The notes below the pieces were generated by a model. The model was given only the letters and a program-made list of their open reading frames with translations, ran no database searches and was not told the DNA's origin. Positions 29,372-38,681 of a DNA stretch of 64,000 nucleotides are shown piece by piece (within the stretch, counting starts at the first letter, position 1; every line of letters begins with the position of its first letter). Location of the stretch: NCBI GenBank assembly GCA_903835255.1, contig CAILMI010000033.1, forward strand, positions 13,431-77,430, given 5' to 3'. This stretch comes from an uncultured Verrucomicrobia subdivision 3 bacterium. GTDB lineage: Bacteria; Verrucomicrobiota; Verrucomicrobiia; Limisphaerales; UBA11358. The position numbers were made by a program, and so were the translations under genes.

Positions 29372-32151
29372 TGTCTGAACTTTCCAAAGCTTACGAGCCG
29401 CAGTCCGTTGAGGACAAATGGTACGCCTTCTGGCTGGAACAGGGCTGCTTCACCGCCAACCCTGCGTCCGCCAAGCCGGCCTACTCCATCGTCATCCCGC
29501 CGCCGAACGTCACCGGCATGCTCCACATGGGCCACGTCCTCAACAACGCCATCCAGGACATCCTCAGCCGCAAGGCGCGCATGGACGGCAAGGAAGTCCT
29601 CTGGCTCCCCGGCACTGACCACGCCGGCATCGCCACGCAGGTGATGGTGGAAAAGCAGCTCAAGAAGGAGGAGAAAAAATCCCGCCACGATCTCGGCCGC
29701 GAGGAATTTCTCAAGCGCGTCTGGGTGTGGAAAGAAAAGCACGGCGACATCATCATCAACCAGCTCAAGAAGCTCGGTTGCTCGTGCGATTGGACGCGCG
29801 AACGCTTCACGATGGACCCGGACTATTCCCGCTGCGTCCAGAAGGTGTTCGTCGAGCTTTATAAGAAAGGCCTCATCTATCGCGGCAAACGGATGGTGAA
29901 CTGGTGCCCAGTGTCCCAGACCGCGTTGTCGGACGAAGAAGTGGAAATGAAACCGCAGAAGGGTTTCCTGTATCACTTCAAAGTGCAGGTTGCTGACTGT
30001 AGCGGCGCTGTGTCAGCGCCGAACTCGGCGGTCACAGACCGCCGCTGCATAGAGGGCGACATCAAACTCACTGACACCTGGCTAACCATCGCCACCACGC
30101 GCCCCGAGACGATTCCCGGCGACACGGCTGTGGCCGTGAATCCGAAAGACCCGCGTTACGCGCATCTTATCGGCAAGCACATCGTGCGGCCGCTGCCCGC
30201 TGAATTGCCGCAGGGTCAAAAACTCATCCCCATCATCGGCGACGAGCATGTGGATTTTGAATTCGGCACCGGCGTGCTCAAGGTCACGCCCGCCCACGAC
30301 AAGGCGGACTTCGACATCGGCGCGCGCCACAAGCTGCCGCTCATCGAAGTCATCAACGCCGACGGCACGATGAACGCTTTGGCGGGTGGGCCGCTGGCCG
30401 GGCTGGATCGTTTCAAGGCCCGCAAAGTTGCCGTGGAAATTCTCACGGAACAGGGCGTGATGATTGAATCCAAGCCTTACGAGAACAACGTCGGGTTCAG
30501 CCAGCGCGCGGATGTGCCCATCGAACCGCGCCTGAGCGAACAATGGTTTTTGAAGTATCCCGCCGTGCCGGAATCCAAAGCCTGCGTGGCCGAGGGCCGG
30601 ATGAAATTTCATCCCGACCGCTGGGCTAAGGTTTACGATCATTGGCTGACGAACATTCAGGACTGGTGCATCAGCCGCCAGCTCTGGTGGGGCCATCGGA
30701 TTCCGGTGTGGTATCGGGGTGAGGAAATCCACTGCGGCCTCGAAGCCCCGGCGGGCAGCGGATGGACCCAGGACGCCGACGTGCTCGACACTTGGTTCAG
30801 CTCGTGGCTGTGGCCGTTTGCTACCATGGGCTGGCCGGAGCCGACCGAGACGTTGAAGAAGTTTTATCCGACCACCGACCTGGTCACCGGGCCGGACATC
30901 ATTTTCTTCTGGGTCGCGCGCATGATCATGGCCGGCTACGAATTCATGGGCGAGGCGGAGTCCGCCGGCCCCAAGAAGTTCGCGCTCCCGGACGCGATGC
31001 CGTTCCAGAATGTTTATTTCACCGGCATCATCCGCGACAAGCAGGGCCGCAAGATGTCCAAGACGCTCGGCAACTCGCCCGACCCGCTCGACCTGATCGC
31101 GCGCTACGGCGCCGACGCCCTCCGCTTCGGCACTATGCGCAGCGCCCCGCTCGGCCAGGACGTGCTGTTCGACGAGAAGGACGTGGAGCTGGGCCGCAAC
31201 TTCTGCAACAAGCTCTGGAACGCCTGCCGGTTCCGCCAGATGCAGGGCGGCGAAGTGCAGGGCGAGATCGACCCCGCGCTGCTATCCAACGACGATCAAT
31301 GGATCCTGCTGAAGCTGGACACGGCCATCCGCGAGGTCACCCTCGCTCTGAACGAATACAAGTTCAGCGAGGCTACGGGCGCTCTCTACCGTTTCTTCTG
31401 GAGCGAGTATTGCGACTGGTATGTGGAAGCCAGCAAAGCGGTCTTCTTTGGCGACGATGCGGCGCGCAAGGCCAACACGCTCGCGGTGATCGATTTTGTC
31501 CTGTCCCACGCGGTGCGCCTCTTCCATCCCTTCGTGCCCTTCATCACCGAGGAACTATGGCACGGCATGGGATACGCCACCGACATGCCCGCCAACCAGG
31601 GCGGCACCACTATCCTGTTCGCGCCGTGGCCGATGCCGCTGGATGAGGAAATCAAGGCGCATTATGGGCTCACCGACGACTCCCTGAAGCTTGCCGATGC
31701 GAAATATGGACTCGTCACCCAAGGCCGCAATCTGCGGCGCGAGGCCAATCTCTCGACCGGCAAAAAAATTTCCTGCGTTCTGAAGCCGACCCGGGAATTG
31801 GCGCCGCATGACATCGCCGTCATCCGGGTGCTGCTTAATGCCGAGGCCGTGGAGGTTGCCGCTGATTATCAGCCCGCCAAAGGCACTCTGACGGCGCGGA
31901 CGGAGCTGGGCGAACTGTACCTGCCGCTCGAGGGCCTGCGCAGTCCGGAGGAGCTGGATGCCGAAAAAATCCGCGTCGCGCGCGAGCTCGAAAAAATCGA
32001 GGCGGAAATCGCCAAGGTCGAACAAAAACTGGCCAACCCGAACTTCACCCAGAAGGTTCCGGCCGCCGTGCTGCAGGAACATTCGCAGCGCCTCGCCGAG
32101 TGGCGGGCCAAGCGCGACAGCGTGAAAGCCGCTCTTGAGGCTTTGAACTAA
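29371..32151 (+). CDS. valS: valine--tRNA ligase
   Basis: HIGH region 'PPPNVTGMLHMGH', 'ATTRPETIPGD', 'KMSKT', and a C-terminal coiled coil. Confidence 0.95.
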   Translation: MSELSKAYEPQSVEDKWYAFWLEQGCFTANPASAKPAYSIVIPPPNVTGMLHMGHVLNNAIQDILSRKARMDGKEVLWLPGTDHAGIATQVMVEKQLKKEEKKSRHDLGREEFLKRVWVWKEKHGDIIINQLKKLGCSCDWTRERFTMDPDYSRCVQKVFVELYKKGLIYRGKRMVNWCPVSQTALSDEEVEMKPQKGFLYHFKVQVADCSGAVSAPNSAVTDRRCIEGDIKLTDTWLTIATTRPETIPGDTAVAVNPKDPRYAHLIGKHIVRPLPAELPQGQKLIPIIGDEHVDFEFGTGVLKVTPAHDKADFDIGARHKLPLIEVINADGTMNALAGGPLAGLDRFKARKVAVEILTEQGVMIESKPYENNVGFSQRADVPIEPRLSEQWFLKYPAVPESKACVAEGRMKFHPDRWAKVYDHWLTNIQDWCISRQLWWGHRIPVWYRGEEIHCGLEAPAGSGWTQDADVLDTWFSSWLWPFATMGWPEPTETLKKFYPTTDLVTGPDIIFFWVARMIMAGYEFMGEAESAGPKKFALPDAMPFQNVYFTGIIRDKQGRKMSKTLGNSPDPLDLIARYGADALRFGTMRSAPLGQDVLFDEKDVELGRNFCNKLWNACRFRQMQGGEVQGEIDPALLSNDDQWILLKLDTAIREVTLALNEYKFSEATGALYRFFWSEYCDWYVEASKAVFFGDDAARKANTLAVIDFVLSHAVRLFHPFVPFITEELWHGMGYATDMPANQGGTTILFAPWPMPLDEEIKAHYGLTDDSLKLADAKYGLVTQGRNLRREANLSTGKKISCVLKPTRELAPHDIAVIRVLLNAEAVEVAADYQPAKGTLTARTELGELYLPLEGLRSPEELDAEKIRVARELEKIEAEIAKVEQKLANPNFTQKVPAAVLQEHSQRLAEWRAKRDSVKAALEALN
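29998..30049 (+). repeat. double-hairpin palindromic element inside the valS CDS
   Basis: TGTAG-[CGGCGCTG TGT CAGCGCCG]-AACT-[CGGCGGTC ACA GACCGCCG]-CTGCA. There are two perfect 8-bp stems with 3-nt loops. Confidence 0.8.
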
Positions 32152-32211
32152 TTCCAAGAGAAAAAACACTGCTATCACACCGTGCGAAAACGTGCCTCCA
32201 CATCTTACGCC

Positions 32212-33024
32212 ATGAAAACTATCCCCATAAAAACTGCCCTGGCCACCGCCGTCCAGGCCGCGCACGCCGCCGGAAAAATCATGCGCGACAACTGGAACAA
32301 GCCCAAGCGGGTGGCCTCCGCTGAGGCGCACGACATCAAGCTCGAACTGGACGTGCACTGCCAGAAACGCATCGAGCAGATTCTTCTCGCCGCCTTTCCC
32401 AAGACCGCCCTGCTCGGCGAGGAAGGGATGGCCGGCAATGCGGATAGCGACTACCGCTGGGTGGTGGATCCGATCGACGGCACCGTGAATTATTTCCTAG
32501 GTCTGCCGCACGCCTGCGTTTCCATCGCACTCCAGCAGCGCGACCCCTCTCAAACCCCGAATCCCAAGCGCCCGCCCCACCTCACCGTGCTGGGTGTGAT
32601 TTACGATCCGTTCCTGGATGAGCTGTGGACGGCCACCCGCGGTGGAAAAACCCGATTGAACGGGCGCGTGGTCCGTGTCAGTTCGCGGGACAAAGCGGGC
32701 GATGCCGTCGTGGCCATGGGTTTTTCCAAGAGCAAGGCGAACCTGGAAAAGAGCCTGCCGCACTTGAACCGGCTGGCGCGCCAGACCCGGAAACTCCGCG
32801 TCATGGGCTCGGCCGCGCTGGAGCTGGCCTACGTCGCCAGCGGTCGGATCGACCTGTACGTCGAACGCACCATCAACTTATGGGACATCGCAGCCGGGGC
32901 GCTGATGGTGGAATGTTCCGGAGGCGAATGCTGGCTCAATCCTCTGCCCGACGGGCGTTTCCGCATGTGCGCCGACAACGGGCGCCTGCGAAAAAAACTT
33001 CAGCTCGCCAGCTTGCTGAAATAA
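32212..33024 (+). CDS. inositol monophosphatase family protein
   Basis: 'LLGEEG' and 'WVVDPIDGTVNY' motifs. ATG at 32212. Confidence 0.85.
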   Translation: MKTIPIKTALATAVQAAHAAGKIMRDNWNKPKRVASAEAHDIKLELDVHCQKRIEQILLAAFPKTALLGEEGMAGNADSDYRWVVDPIDGTVNYFLGLPHACVSIALQQRDPSQTPNPKRPPHLTVLGVIYDPFLDELWTATRGGKTRLNGRVVRVSSRDKAGDAVVAMGFSKSKANLEKSLPHLNRLARQTRKLRVMGSAALELAYVASGRIDLYVERTINLWDIAAGALMVECSGGECWLNPLPDGRFRMCADNGRLRKKLQLASLLK

Positions 33025-33647
33025 TCCTTGAGCTTCTCCAGCGCCCGGGCGCGGTGGCTTAAGCGGTTTTTCACTGACTCGCCCAACTCGGCGAATGATT
33101 GCTCGTGCCCTGCCGGCACAAACAGCGGGTCATAGCCGAACCCGCCCCGCCCGCTGGCGCCGGACTGGATCCGCCCCTCGCACGCTCCGTCAAAAAGCCG
33201 CGCGCTGGCCCCGTCCGCGCACGACACCAGCGCCAGCACGCAGCGGAATCGTGCCGTCCGCCGCCCCGCCGGCACCTCTTGCAGCAGGCGCAGCAGCTTG
33301 GAATTGTTATCCGCGTCCCGTGAATTTTCGCTTTTGTCCAAAGCGGCGAAGCGCGCGGAATGAACCCCGGGCGCGCCGCCCAACACATCCACTTCCAGCC
33401 CGGAATCATCCGCGAGGACATAATCCGGTTTGGCATTTTGAGCTTTGAATTCCGGGCTGCCGCTCAGCCACCGGGCCAATTCCACGGCTTTCTTGGTCGC
33501 ATTGCCGGCGAAGGTGTCCGCGTCTTCAAGGACCGTCGGCGCGTCCGGGAATCCGTCCAGTGTGAGGCAGTGGAAACCGGCGCCGAGGATGGTTTGGATC
33601 TCTCCCACCTTGTGGGCGTTGCGCGTGGCGATGAGCAGCGTCGTCAT
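33000..33647 (-). CDS. rdgB: RdgB/HAM1 family non-canonical purine NTP pyrophosphatase
   Basis: 'LLIATRNAHKVGEI', 'GFGYDPLF' and 'SHRARAL'. Confidence 0.9.
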   Translation of the reverse strand: MTTLLIATRNAHKVGEIQTILGAGFHCLTLDGFPDAPTVLEDADTFAGNATKKAVELARWLSGSPEFKAQNAKPDYVLADDSGLEVDVLGGAPGVHSARFAALDKSENSRDADNNSKLLRLLQEVPAGRRTARFRCVLALVSCADGASARLFDGACEGRIQSGASGRGGFGYDPLFVPAGHEQSFAELGESVKNRLSHRARALEKLKDYFSKLAS

Positions 33648-33735
33648 GGACCCAGCCTAACAACTATTTTATGGCTGGCGAGCTTGACGGAACGTATTCC
33701 GTCGCGCGGTGTGGCGCGTGTGGCGCTCTACAAGC

Positions 33736-34119
33736 TCACGGCGGCGAAGGGACATCCGATGGCGGGCTGCCGGATTTCGACGGCAAGTGGGCAGAAGCCA
33801 TCGCACCCTGCGCCCGGCGACGCAGGGCGATCACCGCCAGAACACACGCCGTCCACGTGGGCAGCAGGTCCACAGCCGGAATCCATTCGGCGACGAACGT
33901 CGGCAGCAGCAGCGGGTGGAAGCCGATGCCCCAGACCGTCAGCACGAAGGCCACCACGTCAACACCCTGATCCAGGCCCGCCCAACCGAGCGGACCGAGG
34001 CAAAACTGTAGAACATCGGCGGTCACCGCCGCCGCCAAAACAAGGATCCGCCGCCGCCGCGTCACTTCCGGCACCCGCCACCAACGTCTTTTGGCTTTCA
34101 TCAAACCCATGATATCCAT
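33736..34119 (-). CDS. small hypothetical membrane protein
   Basis: An Arg-rich N-terminus is followed by 3 predicted TM segments. It sits upstream of rdgB on the same strand. Start and reality are uncertain in this high-GC region. Confidence 0.35.
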   Translation of the reverse strand: MDIMGLMKAKRRWWRVPEVTRRRRILVLAAAVTADVLQFCLGPLGWAGLDQGVDVVAFVLTVWGIGFHPLLLPTFVAEWIPAVDLLPTWTACVLAVIALRRRAQGAMASAHLPSKSGSPPSDVPSPP

Positions 34120-34410
34120 CCCCAAAAAAATCGCCGCTTTTTTCCAAACGCGCCGTTGCCCGCCGGACCTAGCCGCAGGCGGGGCCTGGCGCGCGCCCAT
34201 CCGTTTAGCTCGGAGCCGCTTTAAAGTTCGCGGCACACGTTCGCGGCACACGTTGCGGCTCATTTTTTTGGGTTAAACCGAATATTGACACCTCTGAACC
34301 GGTCTGACACGGTGACTTCATCGGCACGCTTTGGGACAATCCATGGTTCCCTGAGGCCCGCAGCAGCCTGTTCAGATGCACGCCGCCAAGAACCACTCAC
34401 ATCAGCCACT

Positions 34411-35346
34411 ATGAAAAACGGACCCGGACAAACCGTCACAGGGAAATTATCAGGCCGCCCCATTTTCATCCCGGATGTGAATGCGCCACCGATGCCTTCC
34501 ATCGCACCGCCCGGCCCGATCTACAACGGCAAGGTCACCTCCGCATTCTCGGCGGCGGAGCTTTCCAAGGGCCATCCGGATGCCTGCAGTTACCGGCGGC
34601 GAATCGGCCTGCTCATCCCGGCCACCAACACCGCCATGGAGCATGAATTGTGGAGCATTCTCATAAAAAACCGGGAGAACGGGCTCGATGGGATCGGGCT
34701 GCACACGAGCACCGTGCTCACGCCCAAGCCGGTGGTGGACGACGCCGCGGGGCTCGACACCTTCAAGCGGCAGTTTCTCGGCGGGATAAAAAATTCCGTG
34801 GACAGCGGCCTGCTCGCCCGCCCGCAGTATTTCATCATGGGCTGCAGCCTAGAGCACATGCTGGTGGGGCTGGACGCGATTCGCGCGAACATGGCGGAGG
34901 TAGAGACTTACAGCCCGCTCTCCTGGGCGTCGTGGCACGAAGCGGTCCAGGCCGCACTCCATTGCTACCGGGTCAAACGCATCGGCATCCTCACGCCCTG
35001 GGAAACACTCGGCAACACGTCCGCGATCCGCATGTTCGAGGACATGGGGGTGGAGGTCGCGGCCAGCGTCGGATTGTCCTGCGCCCACATCCAGCACATC
35101 GCCCACCTGCCGGATGCCGCCAAGGAAAAAGCGGTGCTCGAACTGCTCGCCACCAAAGAAAATAAACTGGATGCCGTGGTCCAGTGCGGCACCAACATGA
35201 GCATGACGGCGGTCATGGAAAAACTGGAGCCCCGGATCGGTATTCCGATTTTCGGCATCAACGCGACTCTGCTCTGGTATGCCCTGCGCGAAAACGGATT
35301 CACCGCGCCGGTGCAACACGCCGGAAGACTCCTGCGTGAATTCTGA
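34411..35346 (+). CDS. Asp/Glu racemase superfamily protein (maleate isomerase / arylmalonate decarboxylase-like)
   Basis: 'RRIGLLIPATNTAMEHE' and two candidate catalytic Cys contexts, 'FIMGCSLEH' and 'VVQCGTNMS'. ATG at 34411. Confidence 0.6.
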   Translation: MKNGPGQTVTGKLSGRPIFIPDVNAPPMPSIAPPGPIYNGKVTSAFSAAELSKGHPDACSYRRRIGLLIPATNTAMEHELWSILIKNRENGLDGIGLHTSTVLTPKPVVDDAAGLDTFKRQFLGGIKNSVDSGLLARPQYFIMGCSLEHMLVGLDAIRANMAEVETYSPLSWASWHEAVQAALHCYRVKRIGILTPWETLGNTSAIRMFEDMGVEVAASVGLSCAHIQHIAHLPDAAKEKAVLELLATKENKLDAVVQCGTNMSMTAVMEKLEPRIGIPIFGINATLLWYALRENGFTAPVQHAGRLLREF

Positions 35347-35479
35347 GCCGAAACAATTCAATGAAAAAGGGTTCGACCCGCCGCGCCCGCCCGGTCCTGC
35401 CCTGAGCGAACTCCATCGTTCCGATTCAATGGTGTTGTCAAACGCTGGCGCGCCGCCAGCCATCTGCTAATCTACCGGC

Positions 35480-36529
35480 GTGCTGACACACGATGATATC
35501 AAGAACGCCCTGGCCACGGTCAAATATCCGGGGTACTCGCGCGACATTATTTCCTTTGGGCTGGTCAAGGATATTTCCATCGCCAGCGGTGCGGTGACCG
35601 TCCTCCTGCAGCTGACCTCGCCCCATCCCGAAGCCGCCCGCCAGATCCAAGAGGACGCCGAGCGCGTCCTCAAGGGGCTGCCGGGAGTGAATCAGGTCCA
35701 AGTCGAGGTGCGGCCGCCCGCCGCCGGACAGGGCGCCGCCAGCCCGTTTGCAAACCAAAAGGGCATCCCGGGAGTGAAGCGCGTTCTGGCCATCGCCAGC
35801 GGAAAAGGCGGGGTGGGCAAGTCCACCTGCGCCGTAAACCTTGCCTGCGCGCTCCAGAAGCGCGGCGCGAAAGTGGGGCTCCTCGACTGCGATATTTATG
35901 GGCCGAGCATTCCCCTGATGATGGGGGTCCGCGAACGCCCCACCGTCAATGCGGATGAGCGCTTGGTGCCGCCCTCCAATCACGGCGTCAAGGTGATGAG
36001 CATCGGGCTGCTGGTCACCGACGACCAGCCGGTGGTATGGCGCGGACCGATGATCACCAAAACCATTCAGCAGTTCCTTCTGGCGGTCGAGTGGGGCGAT
36101 CTGGATTTTCTCCTGGTGGACCTGCCCCCCGGCACGGGCGACGCGCAACTGTCGCTCTGCCAGACCGTGCCGCTGGACGGCGGCGTCATTATCAGCACCC
36201 CCCAGGAGGCTTCTCTAGGGGTCGTCCGCAAGGGGATCGCCATGTTCCGGAAGGTGAACGTGCCCATCCTGGGCATCGTGGAAAACATGAGCTATTTCAC
36301 CGCGCCCAACGGCGAACGCCTGGCGATCTTTGGTCACGGCGGCGCCCGGGAGGAAGCGGCGCGGCAGGACGCCCCGTTTCTTGGCGAAGTCCCCCTCTTC
36401 ACCGAAATCCGGGAGGGCGGCGACCGGGGGCTGCCCATTGTGGTTTCGACCCCGACCCATCCGGCCAGCCAGGCGTTTCTTCACATGGCAAAGAAATTGC
36501 AGGATGGGTTTTCCAATCCCGCAAAGTGA
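35480..36529 (+). CDS. Mrp/NBP35 family Fe-S cluster carrier ATPase (ApbC)
   Basis: An N-terminal DUF59-like domain is followed by 'VLAIASGKGGVGKSTCAVNLA'. Confidence 0.9.
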   Translation: MLTHDDIKNALATVKYPGYSRDIISFGLVKDISIASGAVTVLLQLTSPHPEAARQIQEDAERVLKGLPGVNQVQVEVRPPAAGQGAASPFANQKGIPGVKRVLAIASGKGGVGKSTCAVNLACALQKRGAKVGLLDCDIYGPSIPLMMGVRERPTVNADERLVPPSNHGVKVMSIGLLVTDDQPVVWRGPMITKTIQQFLLAVEWGDLDFLLVDLPPGTGDAQLSLCQTVPLDGGVIISTPQEASLGVVRKGIAMFRKVNVPILGIVENMSYFTAPNGERLAIFGHGGAREEAARQDAPFLGEVPLFTEIREGGDRGLPIVVSTPTHPASQAFLHMAKKLQDGFSNPAK

Positions 36530-36664
36530 TTTCACGCGCGCGCCGAGTCCTCAACCGCCCCCGGGCGCGCAGAAAAAACGGGTCCCGCTGGATTCCAATT
36601 TCAGCGCCCCGATTTCAGTTGCGGCAATGCAGCCAAAGATTTAGTGTGGGTACGTCATTGATTT

Positions 36665-36883
36665 ATGTCGAACGCTGCCAAAGATTCATCGCCGAACGAC
36701 TTGCTGAAGAACTCCTCGCTGTACCGGGAGTTTCAGGCCGAGCGGGAGGAGATTTTGCGGCACAAGTGGATCGAGTCGGAGAAGGCCGGACGCGACATCG
36801 GCTTTGAGCAGGCCTTGACGGATTGGATCATCAAGCACCGATCCACCTGGCGCAAAAACCGTCAGGCGACCGCTTCGAATTGA
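36665..36883 (+). CDS. small conserved hypothetical protein
   Basis: 72 aa. 'REEILRHKWIESEKAGRDIGFEQALTDWI' is a motif I have seen in small proteins of unknown function. Confidence 0.45.
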   Translation: MSNAAKDSSPNDLLKNSSLYREFQAEREEILRHKWIESEKAGRDIGFEQALTDWIIKHRSTWRKNRQATASN

Positions 36884-36966
36884 GCCGGTTTTTGTTCTGT
36901 TTTGTTCCTTTAACGCGGCCCTGCGAGGCGGCGAAGGACGCCATGAATGTCAAATGCCTGATGAAA

Positions 36967-37008
36967 ACCGCCCACGGCCACTCGGCCGGTCCGGCGGATT
37001 TGTTTTTC
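36967..37008 (+). terminator. GC-rich hairpin plus T-tract upstream of pyrR (terminator or attenuator)
   Basis: CCGCC...GGCC-ACTC-GGCC...GGCGG followed by ATTTGTTTTTC, 14 nt before the pyrR ATG. Confidence 0.4.
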
Positions 37009-37021
37009 ACCCCCCTTCCTC

Positions 37022-37552
37022 ATGCCTGAATCCGCTATTCTCCTCAACGCTGCTGCCCTGCAACGCGCCCTCACGCGGATCGCGCACGAAATCGCCGAAC
37101 GCAATGAGGCCGGCGCGGAGGTGGTGCTGGTGGGCATCCCGCTGGTGGGCGACCAGCTCGCGTTCCGTCTGGGCAGCCTCCTCTCGGACCTCTGGAAACT
37201 GACCGTCCCTGTCGGCACCTTGGATGTCTCCATGCACCGGGATGATCTGGACCGGCGCGCCGCCCCGACCATCCATCCCACGCTGATGCCGTTCGATGTG
37301 ACCGGGCGGACGGTCGTGCTGGTGGATGACGTCCTATTCACCGGGCGCACCACGCGCGCGGCGATGGACGCGCTCAATGACTTTGGCCGGCCCAAACAAA
37401 TCCAACTGGCTGTGCTGATCGACCGCGGACACCGCGAGCTACCGATCCGAGCGGATTTCGTCGGCAAAAACGTGCCCACCACCCTGACAGAGAAGGTGCG
37501 CGTGCGCCTGGATGTCCCGGGTCAGGAGGATGCGGTTGTACTGGAAAAATAA
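37022..37552 (+). CDS. pyrR: bifunctional pyr operon regulator / uracil phosphoribosyltransferase PyrR
   Basis: '[16 protein letters not shown]' and the PRPP loop '[21 protein letters not shown]'. Confidence 0.9.
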   Translation: MPESAILLNAAALQRALTRIAHEIAERNEAGAEVVLVGIPLVGDQLAFRLGSLLSDLWKLTVPVGTLDVSMHRDDLDRRAAPTIHPTLMPFDVTGRTVVLVDDVLFTGRTTRAAMDALNDFGRPKQIQLAVLIDRGHRELPIRADFVGKNVPTTLTEKVRVRLDVPGQEDAVVLEK

Positions 37553-37553
37553 T

Positions 37554-38492
37554 ATGAGCTGGAACCGCAAACATCTGCTCGATATCGAATCCCTCACTGC
37601 GGAGGAAATCCTGACCGTGCTGGACACGGCCAAGGCGTTCAAGGCGGTCGGCGAACGGGCAATTAAAAAAGTCCCGGCCTTGCGCGGCAAGACCGTCGTG
37701 AACCTCTTCATCGAGCCCTCCACCCGCACGCGCATCAGCTTCGAGCTGGCCGCACAGCGGCTGACCGCCGACATCGTGAACTTCTCCGCCGATGCTTCAT
37801 CGTTCAAAAAAGGCGAGACGCTCAAGGACACGGCGCGCAACCTGGAGGCCCTCAACGCCGATTTCATCGTCATCCGCCATAGCGCCTCCGGCGCACCCCA
37901 CTTCCTGTCGCGCGTCGTCAACGCCAGCATCATCAATGCCGGGGACGGCGCGCATGAGCATCCCACCCAGGCCCTGCTGGACGCCTTTACCATCCGGGAG
38001 CACAAAACAAACATCGCCGGGCTCAATGTCACCATCCTGGGCGACATCCTCTACAGCCGCGTGGCGCGCTCCAACATCTGGGCGCTGACGAAACTGGGCG
38101 CGCGCGTGACGCTCTGCGGTCCGTCCACGCTCGTGCCCAAAACATTTGAGCAGATGGGCTGCCGCGTGACGCACAACGTGGAGGAGGCCATTCGGGAGGC
38201 GGACATCATCCATCTCCTGCGTATCCAGCACGAGCGCCAGCGCAAGACCATGTTTCCGGGCATCGGCGAATACACCAGCCTGTTCGGCCTCAATCAGGCG
38301 CGCCTGGCCAAAACCAGACCGGATGCGCTCATCATGCACCCTGGCCCGGTGAATCGCGGCGTGGAGATCGACAGCGAGATCGCCGACTGCCCGCGCTCGC
38401 TGATTCTGGAGCAGGTGACCAACGGCCTGGCTGTGCGCATGGCGGTTTTGTTCCTGTTGAATGGCGGCAAGGGCCCGCAGGAAGTCGCCTAG
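37554..38492 (+). CDS. pyrB: aspartate carbamoyltransferase catalytic subunit
   Basis: '[11 protein letters not shown]', 'HPTQALLD' and '[12 protein letters not shown]'. ATG lies 2 nt after the pyrR stop. Confidence 0.92.
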   Translation: MSWNRKHLLDIESLTAEEILTVLDTAKAFKAVGERAIKKVPALRGKTVVNLFIEPSTRTRISFELAAQRLTADIVNFSADASSFKKGETLKDTARNLEALNADFIVIRHSASGAPHFLSRVVNASIINAGDGAHEHPTQALLDAFTIREHKTNIAGLNVTILGDILYSRVARSNIWALTKLGARVTLCGPSTLVPKTFEQMGCRVTHNVEEAIREADIIHLLRIQHERQRKTMFPGIGEYTSLFGLNQARLAKTRPDALIMHPGPVNRGVEIDSEIADCPRSLILEQVTNGLAVRMAVLFLLNGGKGPQEVA

Positions 38493-38681
38493 CCGGCCCC
38501 GCCCAGGAGCGGCTTGCCGCACCAGTCCCGGGGCGGGAATTTTACTCCTTCCGCGCCGCTGCACGTGATTTTCAAAAATCTGGTGGAGAATCCCGGGGCC
38601 GCGCTCTTTCAGGTCCCGTTTTAATGCGGTTTCAAGAGTGAAATTGACGAGGGGGTGTTTTTTGATAAAATTGCCATTCGT

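Noticed and set aside
31555-32358. 267-aa minus-strand ORF spanning the valS 3' end and the suhB-like 5' end
   Set aside because: It is antisense to two well-supported genes.
33360-34112. 250-aa plus-strand ORF
   Set aside because: It is antisense to rdgB and the small membrane-protein ORF, with Pro/Arg/Ala-rich low-complexity translation.
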